A stretch of DNA of 64,000 nucleotides from Escherichia phage vB-Eco-KMB39: the sequence record OR539219.1; one strand, written 5' to 3'. The translations under genes were made by a program, and so were the position numbers. Shown here piece by piece: positions 1 to 10,643 of this stretch (the first letter of the stretch is position 1; every line of letters starts with the position of its first letter). The notes below the pieces were generated by a model. It did no database searches. It was not told the DNA's origin and saw only the letters and a list, made by a program, of their open reading frames with translations.

Positions 1-1030
1 AGGTGGTTCAGAATATATTTTTGCAACTGCACAAAACTGGCCAGAAGGCTTCTCTGGAATTTTAACTCTGTCTGGTGGATTATCATCAAATGCTGAAGTA
101 ACAGCAGGAGATTTGATGGAAGCCTGGGACTTCTTTGCTGACCGTGAATCTGTTGACGTTCAACTGTTTATTGCGGGTTCTTGTGCTGGTGAATCTTTAG
201 AAACAGCATCTACTGTCCAAAAACACGTCGTTTCAATTGGTGATGCTCGCCAGGATTGCTTAGTATTGTGCTCACCACCGCGTGAAACTGTAGTTGGAAT
301 TCCTGTAACCCGTGCTGTTGATAACTTAGTCAATTGGAGAACTGCAGCAGGTTCATACACTGATAATAACTTTAATATCAGTTCAACCTACGCAGCAATT
401 GATGGCAACTACAAATATCAGTATGACAAATATAATGATGTGAATCGTTGGGTCCCATTAGCAGCTGATATTGCTGGATTGTGTGCAAGAACTGATAACG
501 TATCTCAGACTTGGATGTCTCCAGCTGGTTATAATCGTGGCCAGATTCTTAACGTTATTAAACTTGCTATTGAAACTCGCCAGGCTCAGCGCGACCGTTT
601 ATACCAAGAAGCTATCAACCCGGTAACTGGTACAGGTGGTGATGGTTACGTATTGTATGGTGATAAAACAGCTACTTCTGTTCCTTCTCCATTTGATCGT
701 ATTAACGTTCGTCGTCTGTTTAATATGTTGAAAACGAATATCGGACGTAGTTCAAAATATCGTTTGTTCGAATTAAACAATGCGTTTACTCGTTCATCAT
801 TCCGCACAGAAACTGCCCAGTACTTACAGGGAATTAAAGCTCTCGGTGGAATTTATGAATATCGTGTAGTTTGCGATACAACAAATAACACTCCGTCAGT
901 AATTGATAGAAATGAGTTTGTTGCAACATTCTACATCCAACCGGCTCGTAGTATAAATTATATCCAACTTAATTTCGTCGCAACTGCTACTGGTGCAGAT
1001 TTCGATGAGTTAACTGGTCTTGCAGGTTAA
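1..1030 (+). CDS. 18: tail sheath protein gp18, C-terminal part (5' end lies outside window)
   Basis: Frame open from window edge (first full codon at nt 2) to TAA 1028-1030; C-terminal sequence ...FVATATGADFDELTGLAG; followed by GC hairpin; synteny with 19/20. Confidence 0.85.
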   Translation, partial: GGSEYIFATAQNWPEGFSGILTLSGGLSSNAEVTAGDLMEAWDFFADRESVDVQLFIAGSCAGESLETASTVQKHVVSIGDARQDCLVLCSPPRETVVGIPVTRAVDNLVNWRTAAGSYTDNNFNISSTYAAIDGNYKYQYDKYNDVNRWVPLAADIAGLCARTDNVSQTWMSPAGYNRGQILNVIKLAIETRQAQRDRLYQEAINPVTGTGGDGYVLYGDKTATSVPSPFDRINVRRLFNMLKTNIGRSSKYRLFELNNAFTRSSFRTETAQYLQGIKALGGIYEYRVVCDTTNNTPSVIDRNEFVATFYIQPARSINYIQLNFVATATGADFDELTGLAG

Positions 1031-1038
1031 TTGATTGT

Positions 1039-1052
1039 GGGGCTTCGGCCCC
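1039..1052 (+). terminator. GC stem with UUCG tetraloop after gene 18
   Basis: GGGGC-TTCG-GCCCC 9 bp after stop. Confidence 0.5.
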
Positions 1053-1117
1053 TATTCTCGAGGAAACAAGTGATTATTTCTAAGTTTGTTACAATAAAAC
1101 CAAGAAATCATTCAAAA

Positions 1118-1675
1118 ATGTGGTCGGCAATTCTAGGATATGAAGTATCATATCATGATACAGTATCTGTTCCAATAGAATTAATGCCAAAGAATAGTAA
1201 TAAAATAGTTGACGCTAAATGTGATTTGTGCGGTATTAAATTTAGTAGAAGCATTCAGCTTTTAAATAGAACACCCACACATGCGTGTAGAAAATGCAGT
1301 ATTAAACAAGTTGCTATTAAAAATTCGGAAGTTCAATCCGGAATAAGCAGACCATGGCAAAGAGGCGATAAACATCCTCGATGGACTGGTAAAAGAAAAG
1401 AGTTTGCATTATATGCTAGTAGAGTTCATTCTATAACTAAGTCAGCTAAAATAAGAAAAATTTGGTCAAAATGGCCGAATGCTGATAAAATAGGAGTGTG
1501 CGGTGTAGAAGGTGCTTATCAACTCGATCATAAAGTATCTATCAAATATGGATTTGATAATTTAATTCCGCCGGAAATTATAGCAAGCGTAAAAAATTTA
1601 GAAATAATCACTTGGGAATCTAACCGAGAAAAGTCAAAAAGAAATAGCGTAGATCTTTGGGATTTACTAGAATGA
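1118..1675 (+). CDS. HNH-like nuclease (putative free-standing homing endonuclease) inserted between genes 18 and 19
   Basis: ORF track frame 1031-1675; first ATG at 1118 (MWSAILG...); two CxxC pairs (CDLCG, CRKCS) and C-terminal DH..N..N motif (QLDHKVSIKYGFDNL...NLEIITWESNREK); flanked by hairpins. Confidence 0.5.
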   Translation: MWSAILGYEVSYHDTVSVPIELMPKNSNKIVDAKCDLCGIKFSRSIQLLNRTPTHACRKCSIKQVAIKNSEVQSGISRPWQRGDKHPRWTGKRKEFALYASRVHSITKSAKIRKIWSKWPNADKIGVCGVEGAYQLDHKVSIKYGFDNLIPPEIIASVKNLEIITWESNREKSKRNSVDLWDLLE

Positions 1676-1682
1676 TTCTAAA

Positions 1683-1700
1683 GGCCTGTTTCGGCAGGCC
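1683..1700 (+). terminator. hairpin after HNH-like ORF
   Basis: GGCCTG-TTTCGG-CAGGCC. Confidence 0.45.
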
Positions 1701-1701
1701 A

Positions 1702-1709
1702 TATAAATA
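1702..1709 (+). promoter_or_regulatory. late promoter core TATAAATA (gene 19, distal)
   Basis: Exact TATAAATA in 18-19 intergenic region. Confidence 0.6.
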
Positions 1710-1760
1710 CACTATATCCTTAATTCTTTAATTCTATATGCCCTAGGTTAAACATAGGGA

Positions 1761-1768
1761 TATAAATA
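1761..1768 (+). promoter_or_regulatory. late promoter core TATAAATA (gene 19, proximal)
   Basis: Exact TATAAATA 15 bp upstream of gene 19 ATG. Confidence 0.7.
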
Positions 1769-1782
1769 CTACAGAGGCTAAT

Positions 1783-2274
1783 ATGTTTGTAGATGATGTA
1801 ACACGAGCGTTTGAATCTGGTGATTTTGCTCGACCTAACTTATTCCAAGTAGAAATTTCTTATCTTGGACAAAATTTTACGTTCCAATGTAAAGCCACTG
1901 CTTTACCAGCTGGTATTGTAGAAAAAATTCCAGTCGGATTTATGAACCGTAAAATTAACGTGGCAGGCGATCGTACATTCGATGACTGGACTGTTACAGT
2001 AATGAACGATGAAGCTCATGATGCTCGCCAGAAGTTTGTTGATTGGCAAAGCATTGCTGCTGGTCAAGGAAACGAAATTACTGGTGGAAAACCTGCAGAG
2101 TATAAAAAGAGCGCTATTGTTCGTCAATATGCTCGTGATGCTAAAACAGTAACAAAAGAAATTGAAATTAAAGGTCTGTGGCCTACTAACGTGGGTGAAC
2201 TTCAATTAGATTGGGATTCAAACAATGAAATCCAAACCTTTGAAGTAACTCTTGCTCTCGATTATTGGGAATAA
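1783..2274 (+). CDS. 19: tail tube protein gp19
   Basis: 163 aa, MFVDDVTRAFESGDFARPNLFQVEISYLG...; two TATAAATA late promoters upstream. Confidence 0.9.
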   Translation: MFVDDVTRAFESGDFARPNLFQVEISYLGQNFTFQCKATALPAGIVEKIPVGFMNRKINVAGDRTFDDWTVTVMNDEAHDARQKFVDWQSIAAGQGNEITGGKPAEYKKSAIVRQYARDAKTVTKEIEIKGLWPTNVGELQLDWDSNNEIQTFEVTLALDYWE

Positions 2275-2281
2275 AATGAAT

Positions 2282-2295
2282 GGGGAGAAATCCCC
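2282..2295 (+). terminator. GNRA-loop hairpin after gene 19
   Basis: GGGGA-GAAA-TCCCC. Confidence 0.45.
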
Positions 2296-2306
2296 ATCCT
2301 GCTTAA

Positions 2307-3931
<1,625 letters not shown>

Positions 3932-3932
<1 letters not shown>

Positions 3933-4177
3933 TGGAAGGTTTAATTGAAGCTATTAAATCAAACGACCTCGTAGCCGCTCGTAAATTATTTGCTGAAGCC
4001 ATGGCTGCAAGAACGATTGATTTAATTAAAGAAGAAAAAATCGCTATCGCTCGTAATTTCTTAATCGAAGGTGAAGAACCTGAAGACGAGGATGATGAAG
4101 ACGAAGATAGTGATGATAAAGAAGACAAAAAAGACAAAGACTCTGATGAAGATGACGAAGACGAGGATGATGAATAA
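3932..4177 (+). CDS. 67: prohead core protein gp67 (acidic C-terminus)
   Basis: 81 aa, ATGA overlap with gene 20 stop; poly-acidic tail [30 protein letters not shown]; position between 20 and 68. Confidence 0.75.
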
Positions 4178-4602
4178 TGCTTCTGATCCCTGAAACTCAT
4201 GAATTAGTTCTCGAGAATGTCGAAGCACTTATTCCTGAAGCACAGGGTCGCTTTGACGAATTGTCTTCTGCTTTAAATAAAGACGATATAAATACAATTA
4301 TCGAGAATATGCTTGATGATGAAACTGATTTAGCAGTTGCATTAGCTTCTATTAATGAAAATATGCCGTTAAATGAATTCATTGTTAAGCATGTTTCAGC
4401 TCGTGGTGAAATTACACGTACTAAAGACCGCAAAACACGCGAACGTAATGCATTTCAAACCACTGGGCTGTCTAAAGCAAAACGTAGACAAATTGCTCGC
4501 AAAGCTACCAAAACGAAGATTGCCAATCCAGCAGGTCAATCTCGTGCTCAGCGTAAGCGTAAAAAAGCTCTTAAACGCCGTAAAGCATTAGGATTAAGCT
4601 AA
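4177..4602 (+). CDS. 68: prohead core protein gp68
   Basis: 141 aa; basic C-terminus; translationally coupled between 67 and 21. Confidence 0.7.
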   Translation: MLLIPETHELVLENVEALIPEAQGRFDELSSALNKDDINTIIENMLDDETDLAVALASINENMPLNEFIVKHVSARGEITRTKDRKTRERNAFQTTGLSKAKRRQIARKATKTKIANPAGQSRAQRKRKKALKRRKALGLS

Positions 4603-5240
4603 TGAATGAACCCCAATTACTAATTGAAACTTGGGGTCAACCTGGCGAAATTATTGATGGTGTGCCAATGCTTGAATCCCACGATGGAAAAGACTTAGGT
4701 TTAAAACCTGGTTTATACATCGAAGGAATATTCATGCAAGCAGAAGTCGTCAATAGAAATAAACGTCTTTATCCAAAACGCATATTAGAAAAAGCGGTAA
4801 AAGACTATATTAATGAGCAAGTTTTAACTAAACAAGCTCTCGGAGAATTAAATCATCCTCCACGCGCTAATGTTGACCCGATGCAAGCCGCTATCATTAT
4901 AGAAGATATGTGGTGGAAAGGAAATGACGTATACGGACGAGCTCGTGTTATTGAAGGTGACCATGGTCCTGGAGATAAATTAGCAGCTAATATTCGTGCC
5001 GGATGGATTCCAGGAGTTTCTTCTCGTGGATTAGGTTCATTGACTGACACAAATAAAGGTTATCGTATCGTAAACGAAGGATTCAAATTAACTGTAGGTG
5101 TTGATGCAGTATGGGGTCCAAGTGCTCCAGATGCATGGGTAACTCCTAAGGAAATTACCGAATCACAGACGGCGGAAGCCGATACAAGTGCCGATGACGC
5201 CTATATGGCTCTCGCAGAGGCCATGAAAAAAGCGTTATAA
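4602..5240 (+). CDS. 21: prohead core scaffold/protease gp21
   Basis: 212 aa, [34 protein letters not shown]...; synteny. Confidence 0.9.
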   Translation: MNEPQLLIETWGQPGEIIDGVPMLESHDGKDLGLKPGLYIEGIFMQAEVVNRNKRLYPKRILEKAVKDYINEQVLTKQALGELNHPPRANVDPMQAAIIIEDMWWKGNDVYGRARVIEGDHGPGDKLAANIRAGWIPGVSSRGLGSLTDTNKGYRIVNEGFKLTVGVDAVWGPSAPDAWVTPKEITESQTAEADTSADDAYMALAEAMKKAL

Positions 5241-5243
5241 ATA
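5236..5243 (+). promoter_or_regulatory. late promoter core TATAAATA (gene 22)
   Basis: Overlaps gene 21 stop codon, 27 bp upstream of gene 22 ATG. Confidence 0.7.
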
Positions 5244-5270
5244 TTATTATCTAAACAACAGGACTACAAA

Positions 5271-6080
5271 ATGCTTAAAGAACAACTGATTGCCGAAGCG
5301 CAGAAAATTGATGCTTCCGTTGCTCTTGATAGTATTTTCGAATCAGTTAATATTTCTCCGGAAGCAAAAGAAACTTTCGGCACTGTATTCGAAGCTACCG
5401 TCAAGCAGCACGCCGTTAAATTAGCTGAATCTCATATCGCTAAAATTGCTGAAAAAGCAGAAGAAGAAGTAGAAAAAAATAAAGAAGAAGCCGAAGAAAA
5501 AGCTGAGAAGAAAATCGCTGAGCAAGCTTCTAAATTCATTGACCATCTTGCAAAAGAATGGCTCGCTGAAAATAAATTAGCAGTTGATAAAGGCATCAAA
5601 GCCGAACTGTTTGAATCCATGCTTGGTGGATTAAAAGAGCTCTTTGTTGAACACAACGTTGTTGTTCCAGAAGAATCAGTTGATGTTGTAGCTGAAATGG
5701 AAGAAGAGCTGCAAGAACATAAAGAAGAATCAGCTCGTCTGTTCGAAGAACTCAATATGCGCGACGCATATATCAATTATGTGCAGCGTGAAGTGGCATT
5801 GAGCGAAAGTACTAAAGATCTGACTGAGTCTCAAAAAGAAAAAGTCTCTGCTCTGGTCGAAGGTATGGATTATTCAGATGAATTCTCAAATAAATTGAGT
5901 GCCATCGTAGAAATGGTGAAGAAGTCTAATAAAGATGAAAGCACTATTACTGAGGGTATAAATACTCCTGATACTGAAGCAGCCGGACTGAATTTCGTCA
6001 CTGAAGCTGTAGAAGATAAAGCTGCACAGGGTGCAGAAGATATTGTAAGTGTATATGCGAAAGTCGCATCTCGTTTCTAA
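5271..6080 (+). CDS. 22: prohead scaffolding core protein gp22
   Basis: 269 aa, highly charged coiled-coil-like (E/K rich); late promoter TATAAATA at 5236. Confidence 0.9.
   Translation: MLKEQLIAEAQKIDASVALDSIFESVNISPEAKETFGTVFEATVKQHAVKLAESHIAKIAEKAEEEVEKNKEEAEEKAEKKIAEQASKFIDHLAKEWLAENKLAVDKGIKAELFESMLGGLKELFVEHNVVVPEESVDVVAEMEEELQEHKEESARLFEELNMRDAYINYVQREVALSESTKDLTESQKEKVSALVEGMDYSDEFSNKLSAIVEMVKKSNKDESTITEGINTPDTEAAGLNFVTEAVEDKAAQGAEDIVSVYAKVASRF
5957..5964 (+). promoter_or_regulatory. late promoter core TATAAATA inside gene 22 (gene 23 promoter)
   Basis: Exact match about 135 bp upstream of gene 23; a P23 promoter inside gene 22 is known for T4. Confidence 0.65.
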
Positions 6081-6098
6081 TTTTAAAGGTTAACACAA

Positions 6099-7664
6099 AT
6101 GACTATCAAAACTAAAGCTGAACTTTTGAACAAATGGAAGCCATTACTGGAAGGTGAAGGTTTACCGGAAATTGCTAATAGCAAACAAGCGATTATCGCT
6201 AAAATCTTTGAAAACCAGGAAAAAGATTTCCAGACAGCTCCGGAATATAAAGACGAAAAAATTGCTCAGGCATTCGGTTCTTTCTTAACAGAAGCTGAAA
6301 TCGGTGGTGACCACGGTTACAATGCTACCAACATCGCTGCAGGTCAGACTTCTGGCGCAGTAACTCAGATTGGCCCAGCTGTTATGGGTATGGTACGTCG
6401 TGCTATTCCTAACCTGATTGCTTTCGATATTTGCGGTGTTCAGCCGATGAACAGCCCAACTGGTCAGGTATTCGCACTGCGCGCAGTATATGGTAAAGAC
6501 CCAATCGCTGCCGGCGCTAAAGAAGCATTCCACCCAATGTATGGTCCAGATGCAATGTTCTCTGGTCAGGGTGCTGCTAAGAAATTCCCAGCTCTGGCTG
6601 CTAGCACACAAACCGTTGTAGGTGATATCTATACTCACTTCTTCCAGGAAACTGGTACTGTGTATCTGCAGGCTTCTGCTGTAGTAACAATCGATGCTGG
6701 TGCATCTGACGCAGCTAAATTAGATGCAGAAATTAAGAAACAAATGGAAGCTGGTGTACTGGTAGAAATCGCTGAAGGTATGGCTACTTCTATCGCTGAA
6801 CTCCAGGAAGGTTTCAACGGTTCTACCGATAACCCATGGAATGAAATGGGCTTCCGTATCGATAAACAAGTTATCGAAGCTAAATCTCGCCAGCTGAAAG
6901 CTGCTTACTCTATCGAATTAGCACAAGACCTCCGCGCTGTTCACGGTATGGATGCTGATGCTGAACTGTCTGGTATTCTGGCTACCGAAATCATGCTGGA
7001 AATCAACCGTGAAGTTGTTGATTGGATTAACTACTCAGCTCAGGTTGGTAAATCTGGTATGACCCTGACTCCAGGTTCTAAAGCTGGTGTATTTGACTTC
7101 CAGGATCCGATTGATATTCGTGGTGCTCGCTGGGCGGGTGAATCCTTTAAAGCTCTGTTGTTCCAGATTGACAAAGAAGCAGTTGAAATTGCTCGTCAGA
7201 CCGGTCGTGGTGAAGGTAACTTCATTATCGCTTCCCGTAACGTAGTTAACGTTCTGGCTTCAGTTGATACCGGCATTTCTTATGCTGCACAGGGTCTGGC
7301 TACCGGCTTTAACACTGATACTACCAAGTCAGTATTTGCTGGTGTTCTGGGTGGTAAATACCGTGTATATATCGACCAGTATGCTAAACAGGATTATTTC
7401 ACTGTAGGTTATAAAGGTCCGAACGAAATGGATGCTGGTATTTACTATGCTCCATATGTAGCTCTGACTCCGCTGCGTGGTTCCGATCCGAAGAACTTCC
7501 AACCAGTAATGGGATTCAAAACTCGTTACGGTATCGGTATCAACCCATTTGCAGAATCCGCTGCTCAGGCTCCGGCTTCTCGCATCCAGAGCGGTATGCC
7601 TTCTATTCTGAATAGCCTTGGTAAAAACGCTTACTTCCGCCGTGTATATGTTAAAGGTATCTAA
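6099..7664 (+). CDS. 23: major capsid protein gp23
   Basis: 521 aa, MTIKTKAELLNKWKPLLEGEGLPEIANSKQAII...; late promoter inside gene 22; strong terminator after stop. Confidence 0.95.
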   Translation: MTIKTKAELLNKWKPLLEGEGLPEIANSKQAIIAKIFENQEKDFQTAPEYKDEKIAQAFGSFLTEAEIGGDHGYNATNIAAGQTSGAVTQIGPAVMGMVRRAIPNLIAFDICGVQPMNSPTGQVFALRAVYGKDPIAAGAKEAFHPMYGPDAMFSGQGAAKKFPALAASTQTVVGDIYTHFFQETGTVYLQASAVVTIDAGASDAAKLDAEIKKQMEAGVLVEIAEGMATSIAELQEGFNGSTDNPWNEMGFRIDKQVIEAKSRQLKAAYSIELAQDLRAVHGMDADAELSGILATEIMLEINREVVDWINYSAQVGKSGMTLTPGSKAGVFDFQDPIDIRGARWAGESFKALLFQIDKEAVEIARQTGRGEGNFIIASRNVVNVLASVDTGISYAAQGLATGFNTDTTKSVFAGVLGGKYRVYIDQYAKQDYFTVGYKGPNEMDAGIYYAPYVALTPLRGSDPKNFQPVMGFKTRYGIGINPFAESAAQAPASRIQSGMPSILNSLGKNAYFRRVYVKGI

Positions 7665-7679
7665 TCTTTGACGATTTAA

Positions 7680-7708
7680 GGGACCTTCGGGTCCCTTTAG
7701 TTGTTTTT
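7680..7708 (+). terminator. rho-independent terminator after gene 23
   Basis: GGGACC-TTCG-GGTCCC followed by TTTAGTTGTTTTT. Confidence 0.75.
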
Positions 7709-7712
7709 ATGG

Positions 7713-7720
7713 TATAAATA
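7713..7720 (+). promoter_or_regulatory. late promoter core TATAAATA (gene 24)
   Basis: Exact match 27 bp upstream of gene 24 ATG, downstream of gene 23 terminator. Confidence 0.7.
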
Positions 7721-7747
7721 AATCATATAAACCAAAAGGAAAGCGCA

Positions 7748-9031
7748 ATGGCTAAAATCAACGAACTTCTGCGCGAATCAACCACAACGAATAGCAACTC
7801 AATCGGTCGCCCAAATCTCGTTGCTTTGACTCGCGCTACCACTAAATTAATATATTCTGACATTGTAGCAACGCAAAGAACTAATCAACCTGTTGCTGCT
7901 TTTTATGGTATTAAATACCTTAACCCAGATAACGAATTTACATTTAAAACTGGTGCTACTTACGCTGGCGAAGCTGGGTATGTAGACCGAGAACAAATCA
8001 CAGAATTAACAGAAGAGTCTAAATTAACTCTCAATAAAGGCGATTTATTCAAATATAATAATATCGTTTATAAAGTATTAGAAGATACACCATTTGATAC
8101 CATTGAAGAAAGCGATTTAGAATTAGCTCTTCAGATTGCAATTGTTCTTTTAAAGGTTCGTCTATTTTCTGACGCAGCGTCAACGAGCAAATTTGAAAGC
8201 TCTGATAGTGAAATTGCGGATGCTAGATTCCAGATTAATAAATGGCAAACTGCAGTTAAATCTCGTAAACTTAAAACTGGCATCACAGTTGAATTAGCAC
8301 AAGATTTAGAAGCAAATGGATTCGATGCTCCTAATTTCCTGGAAGATTTGCTTGCAACTGAAATGGCGGATGAAATCAATAAAGATATTTTACAGTCTTT
8401 GATTACAGTATCAAAACGCTATAAAGTTACAGGAATTACTGATACTGGATTCATTGATTTGAGTTATGCATCTGCACCTGAAGCTGGTCGTTCATTATAC
8501 CGAATGGTATGTGAAATGGTTTCACATATCCAAAAAGAATCAACTTATACAGCAACGTTCTGCGTTGCTTCAGCTCGTGCCGCTGCGATTCTTGCTGCAT
8601 CAGGTTGGTTAAAACATAAACCAGAAGATGACAAATATCTTTCACAAAATGCCTACGGGTTCTTAGCTAATGGTTTACCACTTTATTGTGATACTAACAG
8701 CCCATTAGATTATGTAATCGTTGGTGTGGTAGAAAATATTGGCGAAAAAGAAATTGTTGGATCAATTTTCTATGCTCCGTATACAGAAGGTCTTGATTTA
8801 GATGACCCTGAACATGTAGGTGCATTTAAAGTTGTAGTTGATCCAGAAAGTTTGCAGCCATCTATCGGTTTATTGGTTAGATATGCTTTATCTGCAAATC
8901 CTTACACTGTAGCAAAAGATGAAAAAGAAGCAAGAATAATTGATGGTGGAGACATGGATAAAATGGCGGGTCGTTCAGATTTGTCTGTTTTATTAGGTGT
9001 TAAGCTACCAAAAATTATCGTTGATGAATAA
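7748..9031 (+). CDS. 24: capsid vertex protein gp24 (gp23 paralog)
   Basis: 427 aa; own late promoter at 7713; gp23-like fold motifs (ELAQDL...). Confidence 0.9.
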   Translation: MAKINELLRESTTTNSNSIGRPNLVALTRATTKLIYSDIVATQRTNQPVAAFYGIKYLNPDNEFTFKTGATYAGEAGYVDREQITELTEESKLTLNKGDLFKYNNIVYKVLEDTPFDTIEESDLELALQIAIVLLKVRLFSDAASTSKFESSDSEIADARFQINKWQTAVKSRKLKTGITVELAQDLEANGFDAPNFLEDLLATEMADEINKDILQSLITVSKRYKVTGITDTGFIDLSYASAPEAGRSLYRMVCEMVSHIQKESTYTATFCVASARAAAILAASGWLKHKPEDDKYLSQNAYGFLANGLPLYCDTNSPLDYVIVGVVENIGEKEIVGSIFYAPYTEGLDLDDPEHVGAFKVVVDPESLQPSIGLLVRYALSANPYTVAKDEKEARIIDGGDMDKMAGRSDLSVLLGVKLPKIIVDE

Positions 9032-9037
9032 AACAAA

Positions 9038-9058
9038 GGGACCGAAAGGTCCCTTTTT
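9038..9058. terminator. bidirectional terminator between gene 24 and rnlB
   Basis: GGGACC-GAAA-GGTCCC then TTTTT; convergent genes. Confidence 0.7.
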
Positions 9059-9060
9059 AT

Positions 9061-10065
9061 TTAGCTTACCAATTCAATCCAAGCCGGACGAAGTACATCT
9101 TGTACCATTTTAACTAATTCCTTTTTAATCAAAGAAGGATTATCCGCTTGAGTTAGAGTAATACCTTCACGAGAAGTTTCTTCCAAAATATCTTGAACAG
9201 TTAGTCCCATCACTTTTCCAAAATCCTTCGGACCAATTTCGCCAATTTTAGAAATAACGTTATTTACTCGGTTCAGTGTAACGTAACAAGCTAAAATTCC
9301 CAGCAATTTATTATCAGCTTCTGACAGTTCAACTTTAGCTTTAATAGGCTTATCAGACTTTTTCTTTTCACTAAATTTAGAGTTCTTGCATTTAATCGCT
9401 ACGCGATTGCCATTAGGCATCCAAGAAGGATAACAAGGTTTCAATACATATCCTTCAGCAGTAAATACTTCGCCTTTTGCTTCGGCATTCCAAACGCATT
9501 TATTTGCATCAACTAATCCAGCATGGTCTACTGTAAAATTATAATCTTGAACGACAGAATCTAAATCGTTTGGCAATTTAATAAGCTCTTCAAATTTACC
9601 GCGACCCAAAAGTGGAGCCATTTTAAATTTAAATGTATTACAGAATGATTCCATCATATAATCATCGACATAAGTCACATCACCACTTTCGGTAGTAACA
9701 ATAATGTCAAATACATAAAAATCTTTATCACCATAATCGACATTCTTCTGAATGCCAGGTCCAGCAAATTCGCCAAAGACTTGATAAGATACAACTGCCG
9801 AAGTTTCCATAATATCTTGTACTGCTTTAATGGAATCAGCGTAATTTTTTAGAATAATTTCATACCCAAAGAAATCTTCAGCAGGAAGAATAGGACCAGT
9901 ACGTTTAGCACAAGTTGCTTTATCGCGTTCAATAATCAGTGAGAAATTTGTGCCATGAATCTTTTCACGAGCTACCCATTCGCCGCCAGTCAATCCTAAA
10001 CTGTAAAGTTTTTCAATGAATTTAGAATTGTAATGATTTTCAAGACTGCTATACTTTTTAAACAT
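9061..10065 (-). CDS. rnlB: RNA ligase 2
   Basis: 334 aa; nucleotidyltransferase lysine motif KIHGTN ([11 protein letters not shown]); convergent with gene 24 across bidirectional terminator. Confidence 0.85.
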   Translation of the reverse strand: MFKKYSSLENHYNSKFIEKLYSLGLTGGEWVAREKIHGTNFSLIIERDKATCAKRTGPILPAEDFFGYEIILKNYADSIKAVQDIMETSAVVSYQVFGEFAGPGIQKNVDYGDKDFYVFDIIVTTESGDVTYVDDYMMESFCNTFKFKMAPLLGRGKFEELIKLPNDLDSVVQDYNFTVDHAGLVDANKCVWNAEAKGEVFTAEGYVLKPCYPSWMPNGNRVAIKCKNSKFSEKKKSDKPIKAKVELSEADNKLLGILACYVTLNRVNNVISKIGEIGPKDFGKVMGLTVQDILEETSREGITLTQADNPSLIKKELVKMVQDVLRPAWIELVS

Positions 10066-10074
10066 AATTAATCC

Positions 10075-10353
10075 TCAAAATGTAATTTCTAACCAATCAC
10101 CATCACGCTGGTCACTATTGACTTTAAAGCTAAATCCTTCTTTTCTCAGCCAATCACCAATTTCTTCAGTAATCAATTTATCGCGAGCAGTGCAATAATA
10201 ACTAAAATATGTTTTACCTTGTTCAGCTGCTTTATTAGCAAGTTCCGAAAAATCTTTAATAAAACACTCTAGCTTAAACTGTTTGCTTTTAAGTGCTTTT
10301 TCGCGTAATTGATTAGCAAAAGATTCATTTTCATAAAGATCATACTGTTCCAT
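10075..10353 (-). CDS. hypothetical protein (24.2-like)
   Basis: 92-aa ORF translationally coupled upstream of rnlB. Confidence 0.55.
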   Translation of the reverse strand: MEQYDLYENESFANQLREKALKSKQFKLECFIKDFSELANKAAEQGKTYFSYYCTARDKLITEEIGDWLRKEGFSFKVNSDQRDGDWLEITF

Positions 10354-10555
10354 TTTTCACCTTCTTATTAATATGTCTTTTTCTATAGACAACTTTTTCT
10401 CGAGTCTCAAATTTATTCTTAGCAGTCATAGCTCGAGCCCATAATACAGCCACTTCCTTTGCCTGTAAGTTCAATTCACGAGCAATTTCAATGAATGACT
10501 TTCCAGACTCATGGAGTGTAAACACCACAACCTCAGTTCTCATAATCAATCTCAT
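10340..10555 (-). CDS. hypothetical small protein with helix-turn-helix-like segment (24.3-like)
   Basis: 71-aa ORF; SFIEIARELNLQAKEV resembles an HTH; TATAAT-like -10 upstream. Confidence 0.5.
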   Translation of the reverse strand: MRLIMRTEVVVFTLHESGKSFIEIARELNLQAKEVAVLWARAMTAKNKFETREKVVYRKRHINKKVKNGTV

Positions 10556-10624
10556 GTTATCGAGTTGGTGCCATTATATACATCGTTTTCTGATTGTGTT
10601 TTGTGTGCTTTCAAAATGAAGAAA

Positions 10625-10638
10625 GGGGCCGAAGCCCC
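10625..10638 (-). terminator. UUCG hairpin after hoc
   Basis: - strand GGGGC-TTCG-GCCCC 5 bp after hoc stop. Confidence 0.55.
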
Positions 10639-10643
10639 TGAGA

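Noticed and set aside
4080-4177. GA(A/T)GA simple-sequence repeat region
   Set aside because: It encodes the native poly-acidic tail of the prohead core protein gp67; not a mobile or regulatory repeat
5432-5776. 114-aa Ser-rich ORF antisense inside gene 22
   Set aside because: Embedded in a well-supported structural gene on the opposite strand; no promoter or RBS
10556-10620. TGCTTTCA on the + strand resembling a MotA box
   Set aside because: No suitably spaced -10 follows and no + strand gene lies downstream
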